This document shows positions 52,484 through 63,282 of a DNA stretch of 64,000 bases, one piece after another (position 1 is the stretch's first letter; each line of letters opens with the position of its first letter). This DNA comes from Naegleria gruberi (Eukaryota): the NCBI GenBank assembly GCA_000004985.1, contig GG738884.1; one strand, 5' to 3'. The translations under genes were made by a program, and so were the position numbers. Below the pieces are notes generated by a model that saw nothing but the letters and a program-made list of their open reading frames with translations, made no database searches and was not told the DNA's origin.

Positions 52484-53194
52484 CTAGCAATTATTTCTTG
52501 GCTTGGAATTGGGAAAAGTATCATCGATAATAGTCTTATGAAGCTCATTCGAATCATCATAAAGTAGATCCAATGGAGTGTTTCCATCAATATTGACTTC
52601 GTGTGCCATTTCTGGAAGTGCTTTGAGTAATGAAAGCAATGGAAATAGATGAATTTTGGAAAGATTATTTCCTCTTTTGCTTGCAATAATATGGAGAATA
52701 TTGTCATTTCTTTCGTTATTCTTGAAATATTTTTTGACAGCGTCTGGATATTGGCTTAGAAAATTCAGCAAATTTTCATTATAGACCCTTACAATGAGTG
52801 GAACTGAAACATCTCCATCCTGGATGAACTCTGCCAATTTTTCAATCAACTGTTGAGGTTGTGTCATCATCAACATGAGAATAATATCATCAATCCTATG
52901 ATTTTGAGATAATACCAAACCTTTGAAATTTTCTAACAAGTTTACACACTTCCAAATAACTTTCACTGACAAATTAGGGGAGAAGGTCATTGCCGAAAGT
53001 TCTTGCAGTTGATTTTCTGGATTCCATCCATAAAGAATCATACTATCATCAACTATTGATAGCGGTTCATACAATCTTCCATTTTGATATTGATTAACCA
53101 AGTAGATAATGTATTGGAAGTGTGGATCTACTTCAATTGAATTATTTCTGGGAATGAATAGAGTTTCAACAGGTACCAATAGGTCAGCAAACAT
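52484..53194 (-). CDS. Ankyrin-repeat-containing hypothetical protein (236 aa)
   Basis: ATG at 53192-53194. C-terminal ankyrin-like repeats (NILHIIASKRGNNLSKIHLFPLLSLLK...NIDGNTPLDLL). Confidence 0.45.
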   Translation of the reverse strand: MFADLLVPVETLFIPRNNSIEVDPHFQYIIYLVNQYQNGRLYEPLSIVDDSMILYGWNPENQLQELSAMTFSPNLSVKVIWKCVNLLENFKGLVLSQNHRIDDIILMLMMTQPQQLIEKLAEFIQDGDVSVPLIVRVYNENLLNFLSQYPDAVKKYFKNNERNDNILHIIASKRGNNLSKIHLFPLLSLLKALPEMAHEVNIDGNTPLDLLYDDSNELHKTIIDDTFPNSKPRNNC

Positions 53195-53264
53195 TCTTTC
53201 GAAAAGTTCCTTCTTTTTTTCAAATGGAAAAATTAATATATTGTGGAAAATGGTGGATATTTGA

Positions 53265-54362
53265 TTAAGGCTGGCATGCTTCTAGAGAAGATTCACCAAA
53301 CTTGGAAAGTAATTGTTTTTCAATAAATTCAGGGAAATTCATAGAGCTTTCAATTGAAATTTTGTCTTTCAAATGTGCAGATTCTGGAGATTTAAAATTG
53401 AAGAGAAGTAATGTTCTCAAATTGCTAAGGGTAGAAAAATCTTGTTGTTGAGAAAATAATTTTTGAGGGGAAAAGGAAACTATTTCTTCCACTGAATCAT
53501 TAGAAAATCCTTCCAATAACTCACTTTTCACCAATATTAATTTTTTGAGTTCTTTCAAATTTGACAAGAAACTGTGGTGTTTCAAATCGAAAATCATCAA
53601 CTCTTTAACTGTGGTATTGCTTCCAATAAAATCTGGCGAAATTTCTTCAATTCTTTCTGCATAATTGATTGTTGTTGGTTTAAAATAAGAAAAAGTTGAT
53701 GTGTTACTTCTTTTCACAGTATTGCTTTCCTCTCCACTAGCTGATTTAAATGAAAAATTTCCAAAAATTGATGAGAAGACTGGTGGCTTTGGTTTCAATA
53801 TTTCAATATCCTGATACAATAGTAATGCATCTGTGTCTAATTTACACCCATTCTCCACAAATTTCCTCTGTTCTCTAAAAAGTGTAAAGTAATATTTGAT
53901 ACAAGGATCAACTGTTGAATTGATCATAAATTCAGACATTTTCAACAATTTCAGCATCATTCTTCTATTGAAGTGTTTAGAAACTAGTCTCATTTTGTGA
54001 ATGGTGGTGATCGGAGAGTCAATTCTTTCCTCCTTCTTTCTCTTTTTAATCTTGCTCATGCCAAGTTGTTCAAGTTTCTTATCCATCTTGGCGATCTTCT
54101 TCCACTTTGAATAGGTTGGAATAAATTCGATAATTTCATATTTCACACTTTCATCAAGCCTATGAATTAATTCAACATTTAATTCTTGATGTTGGTATTC
54201 TGGGGGAGGCACATGATTTGCAATCATTTGTTCGGTCAATGTATCCACCAGATGATTTCTAATATTTTCCAGTTCTTCCCTCGAGGAATTTTCTTCTATT
54301 TGCACCAAATCTTCTCTACCCAACAGAATGGCAGCAATATTTGCTATTAGATTATTGTTCAT
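53265..54362 (-). CDS. Hypothetical protein (365 aa) with leucine-rich segments
   Basis: ATG at 54360-54362, only 28 nt downstream of the stop of the preceding same-strand ORF. Leu-rich repeat-like stretches (LSNLKELKKLILV..., LSNLRTLLLFNF...). Confidence 0.4.
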   Translation of the reverse strand: MNNNLIANIAAILLGREDLVQIEENSSREELENIRNHLVDTLTEQMIANHVPPPEYQHQELNVELIHRLDESVKYEIIEFIPTYSKWKKIAKMDKKLEQLGMSKIKKRKKEERIDSPITTIHKMRLVSKHFNRRMMLKLLKMSEFMINSTVDPCIKYYFTLFREQRKFVENGCKLDTDALLLYQDIEILKPKPPVFSSIFGNFSFKSASGEESNTVKRSNTSTFSYFKPTTINYAERIEEISPDFIGSNTTVKELMIFDLKHHSFLSNLKELKKLILVKSELLEGFSNDSVEEIVSFSPQKLFSQQQDFSTLSNLRTLLLFNFKSPESAHLKDKISIESSMNFPEFIEKQLLSKFGESSLEACQP

Positions 54363-54390
54363 TTTTTTTGTAAAATAAATCTAATGTTTC

Positions 54391-55662
54391 TTAATTCTGA
54401 ATATTTAACACAATATCAGCGTATGATATTTTGGCATTTTCAGTGAGTATCAATGGAGGCAAAACAAATGAGGGAAGTTTCATTTCAATAAATGAAATAT
54501 TCCTAAACCTAATAACTTCCTTTGATTTGTAAAGCAGAAAACTCTTGCATCCTCCAAATAATAATATGTGATTTCCTCTGATTAGATAGTGAGCTTGAGA
54601 ATCATTTCGCAAGAGTTCATCTTTATCCTTCTCTGAGCAATCCAAACTTAAATGACCAATTCTGCAATTGTAAAGACAATCAAATATACCAACCGTTTCT
54701 GTGTTAACGAACCTATCTTTGTAATATCCACCAAAACTGATTAGATATCGACCAGCTATGAGTGCAGTCGCATTTCTACCAGCTTCTGCATCATATATGG
54801 ATTCAAAATCTCTTGTTTGCCCACTACCATATGTATTAAAATCAAATCTAATAATCTTGGATGAGGTGTAAGATCTATATGAAGAGCCACCATATGAAAC
54901 CACACTTCCACTTCCTTCTTCTGCATTATATTTCAATAATTGAGAACTGTGGGTGCTTGGTGTAAGAGTTGCACCCATTTCTTTGAGACTTTCCTCATAA
55001 ACTTCAAAGCATGAAATTGATGATCTACTCTCCAACACTTCTTTGCTTAAATATTTCAGTTTAAAAACTGATGTATGGAATACCAAAAGATCACTTTCTT
55101 TCAATTCGAGCCCCATTAACCTTTCCAAGTCTTTCACGAATGTAATTTTCCCATTCTCATGAATTTTCATCAACTTGATACATTCCAATGAATAACAAAG
55201 AAAGTAGGGACTATTTTCAAAAACTATCAAATTAATTTCTGAACTCTCCCACATAGCATTGTCCATCACATATTCCGATTCTCCAATAAATTCCTTCTTC
55301 CATAAATCAAATATTGCAACTCCACCAGTAACAGCCGAATGTTGTTGGATAAGGAATGCTAAAAGCAAAAATCTCTCATTACTCATATTATTAGGTAAAT
55401 TGACAAATTTTGATGCTGATAGGACTTGTCTATAAAATAGGTTGTATGGTGTGGTTTGTTGTTGATTTTCCTTGTGCTTGTTTTCTAATCTTACTTCAAT
55501 GGGAAGTGAATTCTTTGGAAAGTGGACTGAACAGCAAATTTTACCAAGACATTTATTCATTTCTTCATGATCCATCGATGATTCATTGTTTTCCGAATCA
55601 TCATCATCATCGTCTTGTCTTTTTCTTTTCAGTTCCTCCCCACTTGCCGACAAGTGGCTCAT
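54391..55662 (-). CDS. Hypothetical protein (423 aa) with an acidic N-terminus and Kelch/beta-propeller-like GG motifs
   Basis: ATG at 55660-55662. Motifs ALIAGRYLISFGGY and GNHILLFGG suggest Kelch-type blades (weak). Confidence 0.4.
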   Translation of the reverse strand: MSHLSASGEELKRKRQDDDDDDSENNESSMDHEEMNKCLGKICCSVHFPKNSLPIEVRLENKHKENQQQTTPYNLFYRQVLSASKFVNLPNNMSNERFLLLAFLIQQHSAVTGGVAIFDLWKKEFIGESEYVMDNAMWESSEINLIVFENSPYFLCYSLECIKLMKIHENGKITFVKDLERLMGLELKESDLLVFHTSVFKLKYLSKEVLESRSSISCFEVYEESLKEMGATLTPSTHSSQLLKYNAEEGSGSVVSYGGSSYRSYTSSKIIRFDFNTYGSGQTRDFESIYDAEAGRNATALIAGRYLISFGGYYKDRFVNTETVGIFDCLYNCRIGHLSLDCSEKDKDELLRNDSQAHYLIRGNHILLFGGCKSFLLYKSKEVIRFRNISFIEMKLPSFVLPPLILTENAKISYADIVLNIQN

Positions 55663-55718
55663 ATTGATCTGCTATTTTTCTTTAATTATTAATTTATTTA
55701 AATAAATTACAAAAGAAA

Positions 55719-56600
55719 ATGAATCAATTGGAATCAATCATTGCCGATTACCTCTCCAATCATTGTTCTTCATCTCCGTTGGATGATGATGAATTTTCCA
55801 TTATTAAATTAAAAATTGAAACTCTAAAAAATTCGATAAGCGAAAAGGAATGGAAGGCAATCAGGGAAGATATAAGAGTGGAGGATTTATTTGGTTCAAT
55901 ATATTTGTTAATTTTGAAGGAATTGATGCCATTCCGAGATGGATATTCGCAAGAATTTCGAGATTGCTCACTCTGTCCCGAACGTTACATTAATTTTCAA
56001 ATCAAGCCTTCGTGTTGTACCTCAAAGTGTACTAAAACTACTTGTGAAATAATTAAGTATCTGGTGATGAATGTTTATGAGAGTGAATTATTGGTAGATA
56101 GACAGGCTTCATGTTGGTTTGATGGATATTATGTAAGATCAATGCATTGGTTGGCTCACTTTGGTCAATTATCACTTGTGAGATTTTTGGTGAATGAATG
56201 TGGATTTAAGGCACAAGTCCAATCTGATATTGATTGGGTCTCAGATTGGTCAATTAATCAGGCCTTTATTGAAAAACACTTTGATTTGGTTAGAGAAATG
56301 TGTAAGGGAGATTATTCCTTCATGTTGAGAGATAGGTGTGATCATATTCCAGCTGGAATGTTATATTCTTGTTTTGAAATGATCAAAATGGAAGTAGAAA
56401 ACACTTGGGATTATTGGCTATTTATTGTAGAGGAATGTTTGAGGGGAAAGATTACAGATGAAATATTGGATGAAGCAATGGAGACATGGGATAGAAAACC
56501 GAAAGATTTTCTGAGAGCCAAACAAGATCTTTGTTTGAGGGAAAATCCAATACGATCTCACAAACAACTTTCTGATATCATATTTGAATTTGAACTTTGA
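55719..56600 (+). CDS. Hypothetical Cys-rich protein (293 aa)
   Basis: ATG at 55719, only 56 nt from the divergent start at 55662. No family recognised; possible ankyrin-like helix pair (SMHWLAHFGQLSLVRFLVNECG). Confidence 0.45.
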   Translation: MNQLESIIADYLSNHCSSSPLDDDEFSIIKLKIETLKNSISEKEWKAIREDIRVEDLFGSIYLLILKELMPFRDGYSQEFRDCSLCPERYINFQIKPSCCTSKCTKTTCEIIKYLVMNVYESELLVDRQASCWFDGYYVRSMHWLAHFGQLSLVRFLVNECGFKAQVQSDIDWVSDWSINQAFIEKHFDLVREMCKGDYSFMLRDRCDHIPAGMLYSCFEMIKMEVENTWDYWLFIVEECLRGKITDEILDEAMETWDRKPKDFLRAKQDLCLRENPIRSHKQLSDIIFEFEL

Positions 56601-56864
56601 TTCAATACAATCGAATAGCTCAATCATGAAAATGAATAACCAAAACTAAACTGTACAATTCTAACAATCTGATTCCAATTCATCTCTTAAACGTGTAACA
56701 TCATCACCTCTACAAGCAGCTCTCGCTTTAAATCTCATTTCTAATGAGTGTTACCCTTTTCATGGCAGATTACAAATTTCAAACTTTAAATTTACGCTTC
56801 AATTTACAAAAGCTAAATTTAAACCAGAAAACTCAAACTTTCAAAATTCAACAAAACAAAAAAA

Positions 56865-58552
56865 ATGTTCATCTCATCTCTGATAGAAAACGTGAGTCAA
56901 GGAGGAGGTATTGTCAGTTCCTCGGAGAATGTCACTCTATTCTCATCATCTTTTATAATTTTGATGGGTGTTGTGGGTTATGTCATGTATTTTCTGAAGG
57001 ATACTTTGGAGGAATTTATTAGAAGGTTATTCTTTTTCATGTTGGATTTGTCGGATGCTGATCAGGAGTTTGTTTGGTTCTTTACCTTCTTTTCATTCCA
57101 TCCCTATACGAATCATGGTTCTTCACATATTAAACCATATCAAAAGAAGGCCAATAAGGTGAATGATTATGATGATGATCCACTTGAATATGATGGTTTT
57201 GATTTGGGAAAGGATGAGGAATTTAAAAAGACCAAGTTTGTTCCTGCACCTGGCTATCATGTAATTTACATTGAGGGAAAGCCATTATTGATTAATATGA
57301 TTAGTACCATGCCAACTAATGGAAATATTATGAAAGCTAAGGAAAATGTGGAAATTTACAAGCCAAAGTATGATTTTATTGATGCCATTTTGAGAATGAT
57401 TGTCCCATGCACTGATGACAATAATTGTCCAGATCCATTGACTATGGCCAAGAGAGCTGGTTTGAACACTTCAAGTTTCCTCTCACAAAGATATGATGAG
57501 AATGGAAAGGTCATTGCTAAAACTCAAAAGATTTCTTCCAGTAATTATTTCAAGGAATTGATGGCCAATTGCTATTATATCAATACTCTTTATATGAAAT
57601 CCAAGACAACAATTTATACACAAAATTATGGTAGATGGGCTGCTTCATGTGTTAAACATAAGAGAGATAAGAATTCTGTCATTTTGGATAATGGTGTCTG
57701 GGAGAGTCTTTACACGGATGTTGAACAATTCTTGAATAGCAGAGATTGGTATTTCGATCAAGGTATTCCATACAGAAGAGGTTATTTATTATATGTAAGT
57801 TTTTTTAAATTATTGGAGGATTTAATTTTTAACACAATATCTATCTCACTAAACTTTCTATATTCATGAATTTTCAATCAATCAAATAACAACAGGGACC
57901 ACCAGGTACAGGTAAATCAAGTACTATTGGATCTATTGCAGCAGCTTTCAATATGAATATTTGTGTTGTCAATTTGGCTTCTAAGGAATTGAGTGATGAA
58001 GACCTTAATGCAATGTTCAGTAGTGCTCCATTGGATGCCTTGATTGTTCTTGAAGATATTGATTCTTCCTTCATGAATTCTACTGTTGAGGAGAAGAAAC
58101 CTTCCAAGAAGGAAGATGGAGAAGAAAAGGAAGATGAAGAGCCATCAGAAATCAGTAATGTCATTCAAACCAAATCTCAAGTTACTTTCAGTGGTATTTT
58201 GAATGCCATTGATGGTATTGCTGCTTAAGAATCAAGAATGATTTTCATGACAACTAATTACAAGGATAAGCTTCCACCTGCACTTATTAGAAATGGTAGA
58301 ATTGACAAGAAGATTTTCATTGGATATGCCACAGAACATCAAGTCAAGGCCTATGTTAAAAAGTTCTACGAAAAGGATAATCTTTCAGAGGAGGAATTCT
58401 CAACTTTAATTGAACAATTCTGGAATAAGATCAAGAACATGTCCATCTGTATGGCTCAATTGCAAGGTTTCTTATTACTCTATAGACATTCTCTTAAGGA
58501 TCTCGTCAATGCTGCTGATGAATTTGAAAAATTCACCAAAGATGAAATTTAA
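56865..58552 (+). CDS. BCS1-like mitochondrial AAA ATPase, 2 exons (56865..57794, 57896..58552), interrupted by an in-frame TAA at 58226..58228; possible pseudogene
   Basis: N-terminal TM plus BCS1_N-like region (KTKFVPAPGYHVIYIEGKPLL...WYFDQGIPYRRGYLLY). The AAA core after the intron has Walker A GPPGTGKSS and ...ALIVLEDIDSSF... then [10 protein letters not shown][TAA][34 protein letters not shown] (sensor-1 TTN, Arg finger). Intron 57795..57895 (GTAAGT..AACAG, 101 nt). Both sides of the TAA share one frame and align colinearly with BCS1 (GVAS-S/T-E..I.FMTTN). Confidence 0.6.
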
Positions 58553-58733
58553 TTTATTAACTTAGTTAAATAGATCATTAAGATAATCAATAAATAGATT
58601 GTTCATTAACTATTACAATAGTAATTTAATTAATCAAGTTCTTGACCTTTCCAATGATGTTGGAATAAGAAAACACAAGACGACTAAACAGATTTAAAGA
58701 GATTGAAAAATTGATAAATTTTGTTTTTACTGT

Positions 58734-60212
58734 TTAAACTTGTTGAGCTCTTCTTGAATTTCTCTTAATTGTTATAACTACAACCAGGATAGCAATCAAA
58801 CCAAATAATGGGAAAACAACAGCAGAAGTGATAATAACTGGTAATCTATAACTCCATCCAAAATAATAAATATTTGAAATATATGGAATAAATTCCATAT
58901 TTGTAGTAGTGGAACTTGAAGTAGGTCTAACAGAAACATAAACAGTCTTTGCATTAGTATAATAATTAGTATAACTCAATGATGAGTATTGAGAAGTGGA
59001 ATAAACATAAATTTCACTACTGCTATAGTAACTATCAGCATTAATTGTAATATAACCACTATAGCTTGATGAGGTGAATAAATTGATATCTTTCAATGTC
59101 AATGTAAAACCAGATGGAACTGAAATCTTGTAGTATTTTGTCGAATAGAGTGTACCAGTATTGACATAAGTTGCAGAATACAAGGTAGTTGCAGAACTCA
59201 TTGGATCAGAATTAGCAGCATTAATTGTTTGAGCAGCAATTGAAAGATATTGACAACTTGAAGGAATATTGCTACATGTCAAGCCAGTGGAAGTGACACT
59301 AACTGTAGTTTTAGAATATGAATTTCCATCAGCAGAGCAAAAACAAGCAAGAGTGCTTTTCTGAATCAGAACAGAATTTCCATTCACATCATAAAAATTA
59401 TTTCCACTAGCATATGAATATTGTAAACTAGCTCCATATACATTAGGATTGGATAAACTTGTTACACTGAATGCATACAATGTACTATAACCAGTTGTTT
59501 TATAGGCATAGACGGCGTTAGCAATTGAAAATCCATAACCATTCAAGTTAGGCCAAACATTTGGCAATAAATAACTCATTGATTCAACCAATTGACCAAA
59601 TGCATTACTTCTCAATTGATAATTAAATTGATAAGGTCCAAAAAAGTTTTTAAATGGACCCAAAGTTGACTTTCCATCCTCAACAATTGCTGCAAATCCA
59701 ATAGTTGCACTTCCACTTGTTGCATTCTGAGTGAATGTATAACCAATAGTAGAGCCACTACTAGCAGCAGCATCAGTCGATTTAAAATAATACGAAACAC
59801 TTGGATTCAGTGTGAAAATTGCCATACTTTGAGGTCTGACATTTAACATGCCATTCGTACAAATATAAGTAAATGTAAAATCAACAGCAGCAGTAGCACT
59901 ATTATTTGCAGAATTGACACTATAAGATAAACCAGAAACACCCACCAAACTATATGGTAAAGTATTTAAACGACCTGAATAGGCAGAAGTTGCATAATTG
60001 CTAATGGTAAGAGTGAGAGGATCTGTTGAAGTTCTGTTGATATAAACATAGAGGGAACAGGAAGAGGTGGTTGTTGCTCCTGCGAAGGAATAGCTTGCGA
60101 AGGGAGAGGTGGTTGTGTATTGCACATTAAAGTCAGATGCGCTGACAAGTGTGAGTAGTGACAGGAGTAAAAGTGTGAAGAAAAATATTGTTCGAGGAGT
60201 GTTGTTGGGCAT
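58734..60212 (-). CDS. Secreted/type I membrane Ser/Thr/Tyr-rich cell-surface glycoprotein (about 492 aa)
   Basis: The ORF-track start at 60284 is a TTG; the first ATG (60210-60212) gives the signal peptide MPNNTPRTIFFFTLLLLSLLTLVSA. Low-complexity S/T/Y/N-rich ectodomain, C-terminal TM (VIITSAVVFPLFGLIAILVVVITI) followed by KRNSRR. Confidence 0.5.
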   Translation of the reverse strand: MPNNTPRTIFFFTLLLLSLLTLVSASDFNVQYTTTSPFASYSFAGATTTSSCSLYVYINRTSTDPLTLTISNYATSAYSGRLNTLPYSLVGVSGLSYSVNSANNSATAAVDFTFTYICTNGMLNVRPQSMAIFTLNPSVSYYFKSTDAAASSGSTIGYTFTQNATSGSATIGFAAIVEDGKSTLGPFKNFFGPYQFNYQLRSNAFGQLVESMSYLLPNVWPNLNGYGFSIANAVYAYKTTGYSTLYAFSVTSLSNPNVYGASLQYSYASGNNFYDVNGNSVLIQKSTLACFCSADGNSYSKTTVSVTSTGLTCSNIPSSCQYLSIAAQTINAANSDPMSSATTLYSATYVNTGTLYSTKYYKISVPSGFTLTLKDINLFTSSSYSGYITINADSYYSSSEIYVYSTSQYSSLSYTNYYTNAKTVYVSVRPTSSSTTTNMEFIPYISNIYYFGWSYRLPVIITSAVVFPLFGLIAILVVVITIKRNSRRAQQV

Positions 60213-60978
60213 TTTTTTGTTGTGTAATTTGTTGTTGAATGATTTGATTTGAAAATTAAATAGAAATGATCTTAAACTCCACAAATTAGAAACTTAACTA
60301 AACTCTTATTAGAATCTTGTTTTATCCATCAAAATCAGAAAATTGTAACATATTGTAAATATTATTTGTATAATAATAAAATTGTTATTCTTCAGCAAAT
60401 TTTCCTCTCAAACATTCCAAAAATGTCAATGCCAATAAAAAATATCAAGAGAAGTGTTTGTTTTGGGTTGTGGCTTAACTCATATTCATATAGATTGAGA
60501 GCTATTGCATATTTAGTATGGATTGGTGGAAGCATTGTTGGTTCGATCTTTGATTCATGTGTAATGTTAAGGGAGAAAATGAAAAGTATTGAATGCATTC
60601 AGTGGGTTATGTTGTTAGAAACTATTTTAAATAACATTTCATAAAGATCTTTTTTGAGGATTTGTTCCTCTGGAAGTTTGGAAGTGTGTCTGAGAGTTCT
60701 TGGGAACAAACTTGCTGAGAACACAATTCTTCAATTTATGTAAAAGAAAGAATTCCTTCAATGAACAACCAACAGAGAGAACTGAAATGTAATTATTATC
60801 AATTTCATGTTAATTGCCATTCTAGAAATTGTGTCAATCAAATAAAGAAGAATCACCTTCCATAATTCAATGTTCTTCATATGCTATTGAGCTTTTTTTA
60901 CTAAACATTCATTGGAAAAGTATTAAAGTTGACTATTTTGGCATGCAATAAATATGCAGCTGAATTTAGAAGGTGAAT

Positions 60979-61758
60979 TTATTCATCAAAAACAAGTTTG
61001 AGTGGGAATAATGCATTCCAAGGACAATTATTCTCTTCCAGCTGTCCTATCTGCTGCTCACTGTTATTCACTTCTTCAACTTCTTGAATGCTGGAAATGC
61101 AGAGAAATGATCCATCATCAGAAGATGAAACACTCTCCTTTTGATTTTCAAACGATTTTTGTTGAAACTCAACGTGTTGAATATGTTGGAATTCGTTCGA
61201 ATTAGTATGTTGAAATTGTTGATTGCTAGCTTGCTTTCTCTTTCTGGTTCTCTTCTTTTTCTGAGATTTCCAAGATAATTCAAAGTAATTAGATCCAAAT
61301 TCATCATCTGAAACCATCTTTTTCATTCTGAGACATTTTGGAGGAGAAAGAAATTTGTTAGGATGTGGAGGAAGCTTGACTATTTTTTGATATTTTGCAT
61401 GTTTCGTCCTCTTTTCCAAATCTGTTTTCATGTTATGTGAAACCAAGTTTCCACAATTTCCAATACTTTTCATTATTGGTTTGAATACGTTATGATGATG
61501 ATTATGTTGAGAAGAGAGGAAAGGAGGTGTGTTAAACATGCATGAATTCATGTTTGAATGATCATGGATTGGACACATGTTTTGAGAGTATTGCAAGCAT
61601 TCAGATTGATGTTGGTATGGTTGACCTGGATTGGGTTGTTGTGGCACCGTAAAACTATTGCATGTGTGGCAGCTGGCTTGCATTTGATTGTTGTTCACAC
61701 ACTGCAACATGCTTGCTGTATTCGAAAGGTTTGGATGGTGAAGAGATGGTACGTGCAT
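60979..61758 (-). CDS. Hypothetical His/Gln/Asn-rich protein (259 aa) with a KKKRTRKRK basic cluster
   Basis: ATG at 61756-61758; low-complexity composition; no family recognised. Confidence 0.35.
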   Translation of the reverse strand: MHVPSLHHPNLSNTASMLQCVNNNQMQASCHTCNSFTVPQQPNPGQPYQHQSECLQYSQNMCPIHDHSNMNSCMFNTPPFLSSQHNHHHNVFKPIMKSIGNCGNLVSHNMKTDLEKRTKHAKYQKIVKLPPHPNKFLSPPKCLRMKKMVSDDEFGSNYFELSWKSQKKKRTRKRKQASNQQFQHTNSNEFQHIQHVEFQQKSFENQKESVSSSDDGSFLCISSIQEVEEVNNSEQQIGQLEENNCPWNALFPLKLVFDE

Positions 61759-62655
61759 GGTTGATTTAGAGAAATAGTTTGGATGTTGAGTGAAGGGTAT
61801 TAGTTATCATATATTTGAGCGTTTTTTTTGTGAATAGTTTGGTTTCTTCAAGCATGCTAAGAAAATAAACTCATCCAAAAAATGGGATCACCGTTCCAAA
61901 TCTGTACATCCATTACATTTCGTACATAAAAACTAAATCGCCACACCTTAAACGAAACTTTCAAATAAGATATACCTGGGCTTTTTTAAATATGAAGAGT
62001 CGCTGAGTGCTTGCCATGCTCAATTAATGTAGATCCCTTTCTTCTTTTGTTGTGATGGGTTCTTCATAAAACAATGCTTGTACAATAGGAAATATGTCAG
62101 TCTAAACAATCAACTATCAATCGTCGGTTATGTAAGTTGAATAGTTACTAGAATAGTCTTATATATATGTAGAGATAATACGTCTTATTAAATTGTCTAT
62201 TCCTTTAAGAATCAAAAAGGTACATCATGCATAATATAGTCATATTGAATTCGAATCAATCAACACGTTATCTGAATCTTAATCCATGCTTGATCTTTGC
62301 GGTCTTGTAGCCGAAGTAAGTACCTAACAAATCAGAAAGTCCTTATCAATTATAAAACAATAGAAAAGGCCATCCAATTAAGTATGAAATTCAGTCTGAA
62401 ATGTAATTTCACCTTCTCTTGAGATCTAAAGACCTAGCTGATCATTTCTGTGTATGTAGGAGGAGAAGGATGAAAGTTTTTCCTAATAATGTTCACTTTA
62501 TTAGTGGACTATAACCTGATGTTGTAAATCAAAATAAAATCCATACTGTTGGTTGGATTTTAAGATAGTCAGCTGCTTCCACATTCCTTAATAATATTCA
62601 TCTATTGTTGTTGATAGAATAGAGATCAATCTCTTTTCCAATCATTCACATTGAA

Positions 62656-63012
62656 TTATCTGTGCAACAAGTAAATTCCAAGAATTGCAAAGAAAGCAGA
62701 ACCACCAGAAACCCACATCCAACCCTTTCTATCCATACCATTCTTCCATGCAATAAGTCCAGCTCCAACATCTACCAAATCACAGAACAATCCCATTTGC
62801 AAAGCCATCTTTAAAGCTTCAGGATTCTTTGCGTACAACAATGAAACTCCCAAAATAAAGTCTCTGGCACCAAACATTCTTCCAACAAGAACACCCTCTA
62901 CAGAAGATGGTGCAGCCTTGGTAAGGTGTTCGAGAGTTTGATTAGGAAGGATATAGGTTGAAGCTCCAACTCCCATACGAAGATAGGCAAGTGTTTGAAG
63001 AATGGCAGACAT
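62656..63012 (-). CDS. Small hydrophobic (multi-TM) protein, 118 aa
   Basis: ATG at 63010-63012. Gly/Ala/Leu-rich hydrophobic segments separated by short loops; lower A+T content than its surroundings. Confidence 0.35.
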   Translation of the reverse strand: MSAILQTLAYLRMGVGASTYILPNQTLEHLTKAAPSSVEGVLVGRMFGARDFILGVSLLYAKNPEALKMALQMGLFCDLVDVGAGLIAWKNGMDRKGWMWVSGGSAFFAILGIYLLHR

Positions 63013-63282
63013 TTGTAATATATTGTTGTTATTGTAATATATTGTTGTTGTTTAATGTATTAAATTGTATAATGAATAGAAAATGATGATGAATATTAAT
63101 GCGCAATTTTCTTCACAATTTTTCAAGTTGAGATTTTTGCGATTTTTTTTAAATTTAATTTTGAAAAAGATTTTACGCGGGAAAGAACTTATTTGGACCT
63201 TCACACAAAGAAGAAATAAGAAGAAACTTATTGAAACTTTTCTCAATATATTTGTTTCAATGCAACAACAATAAAATGTTTA

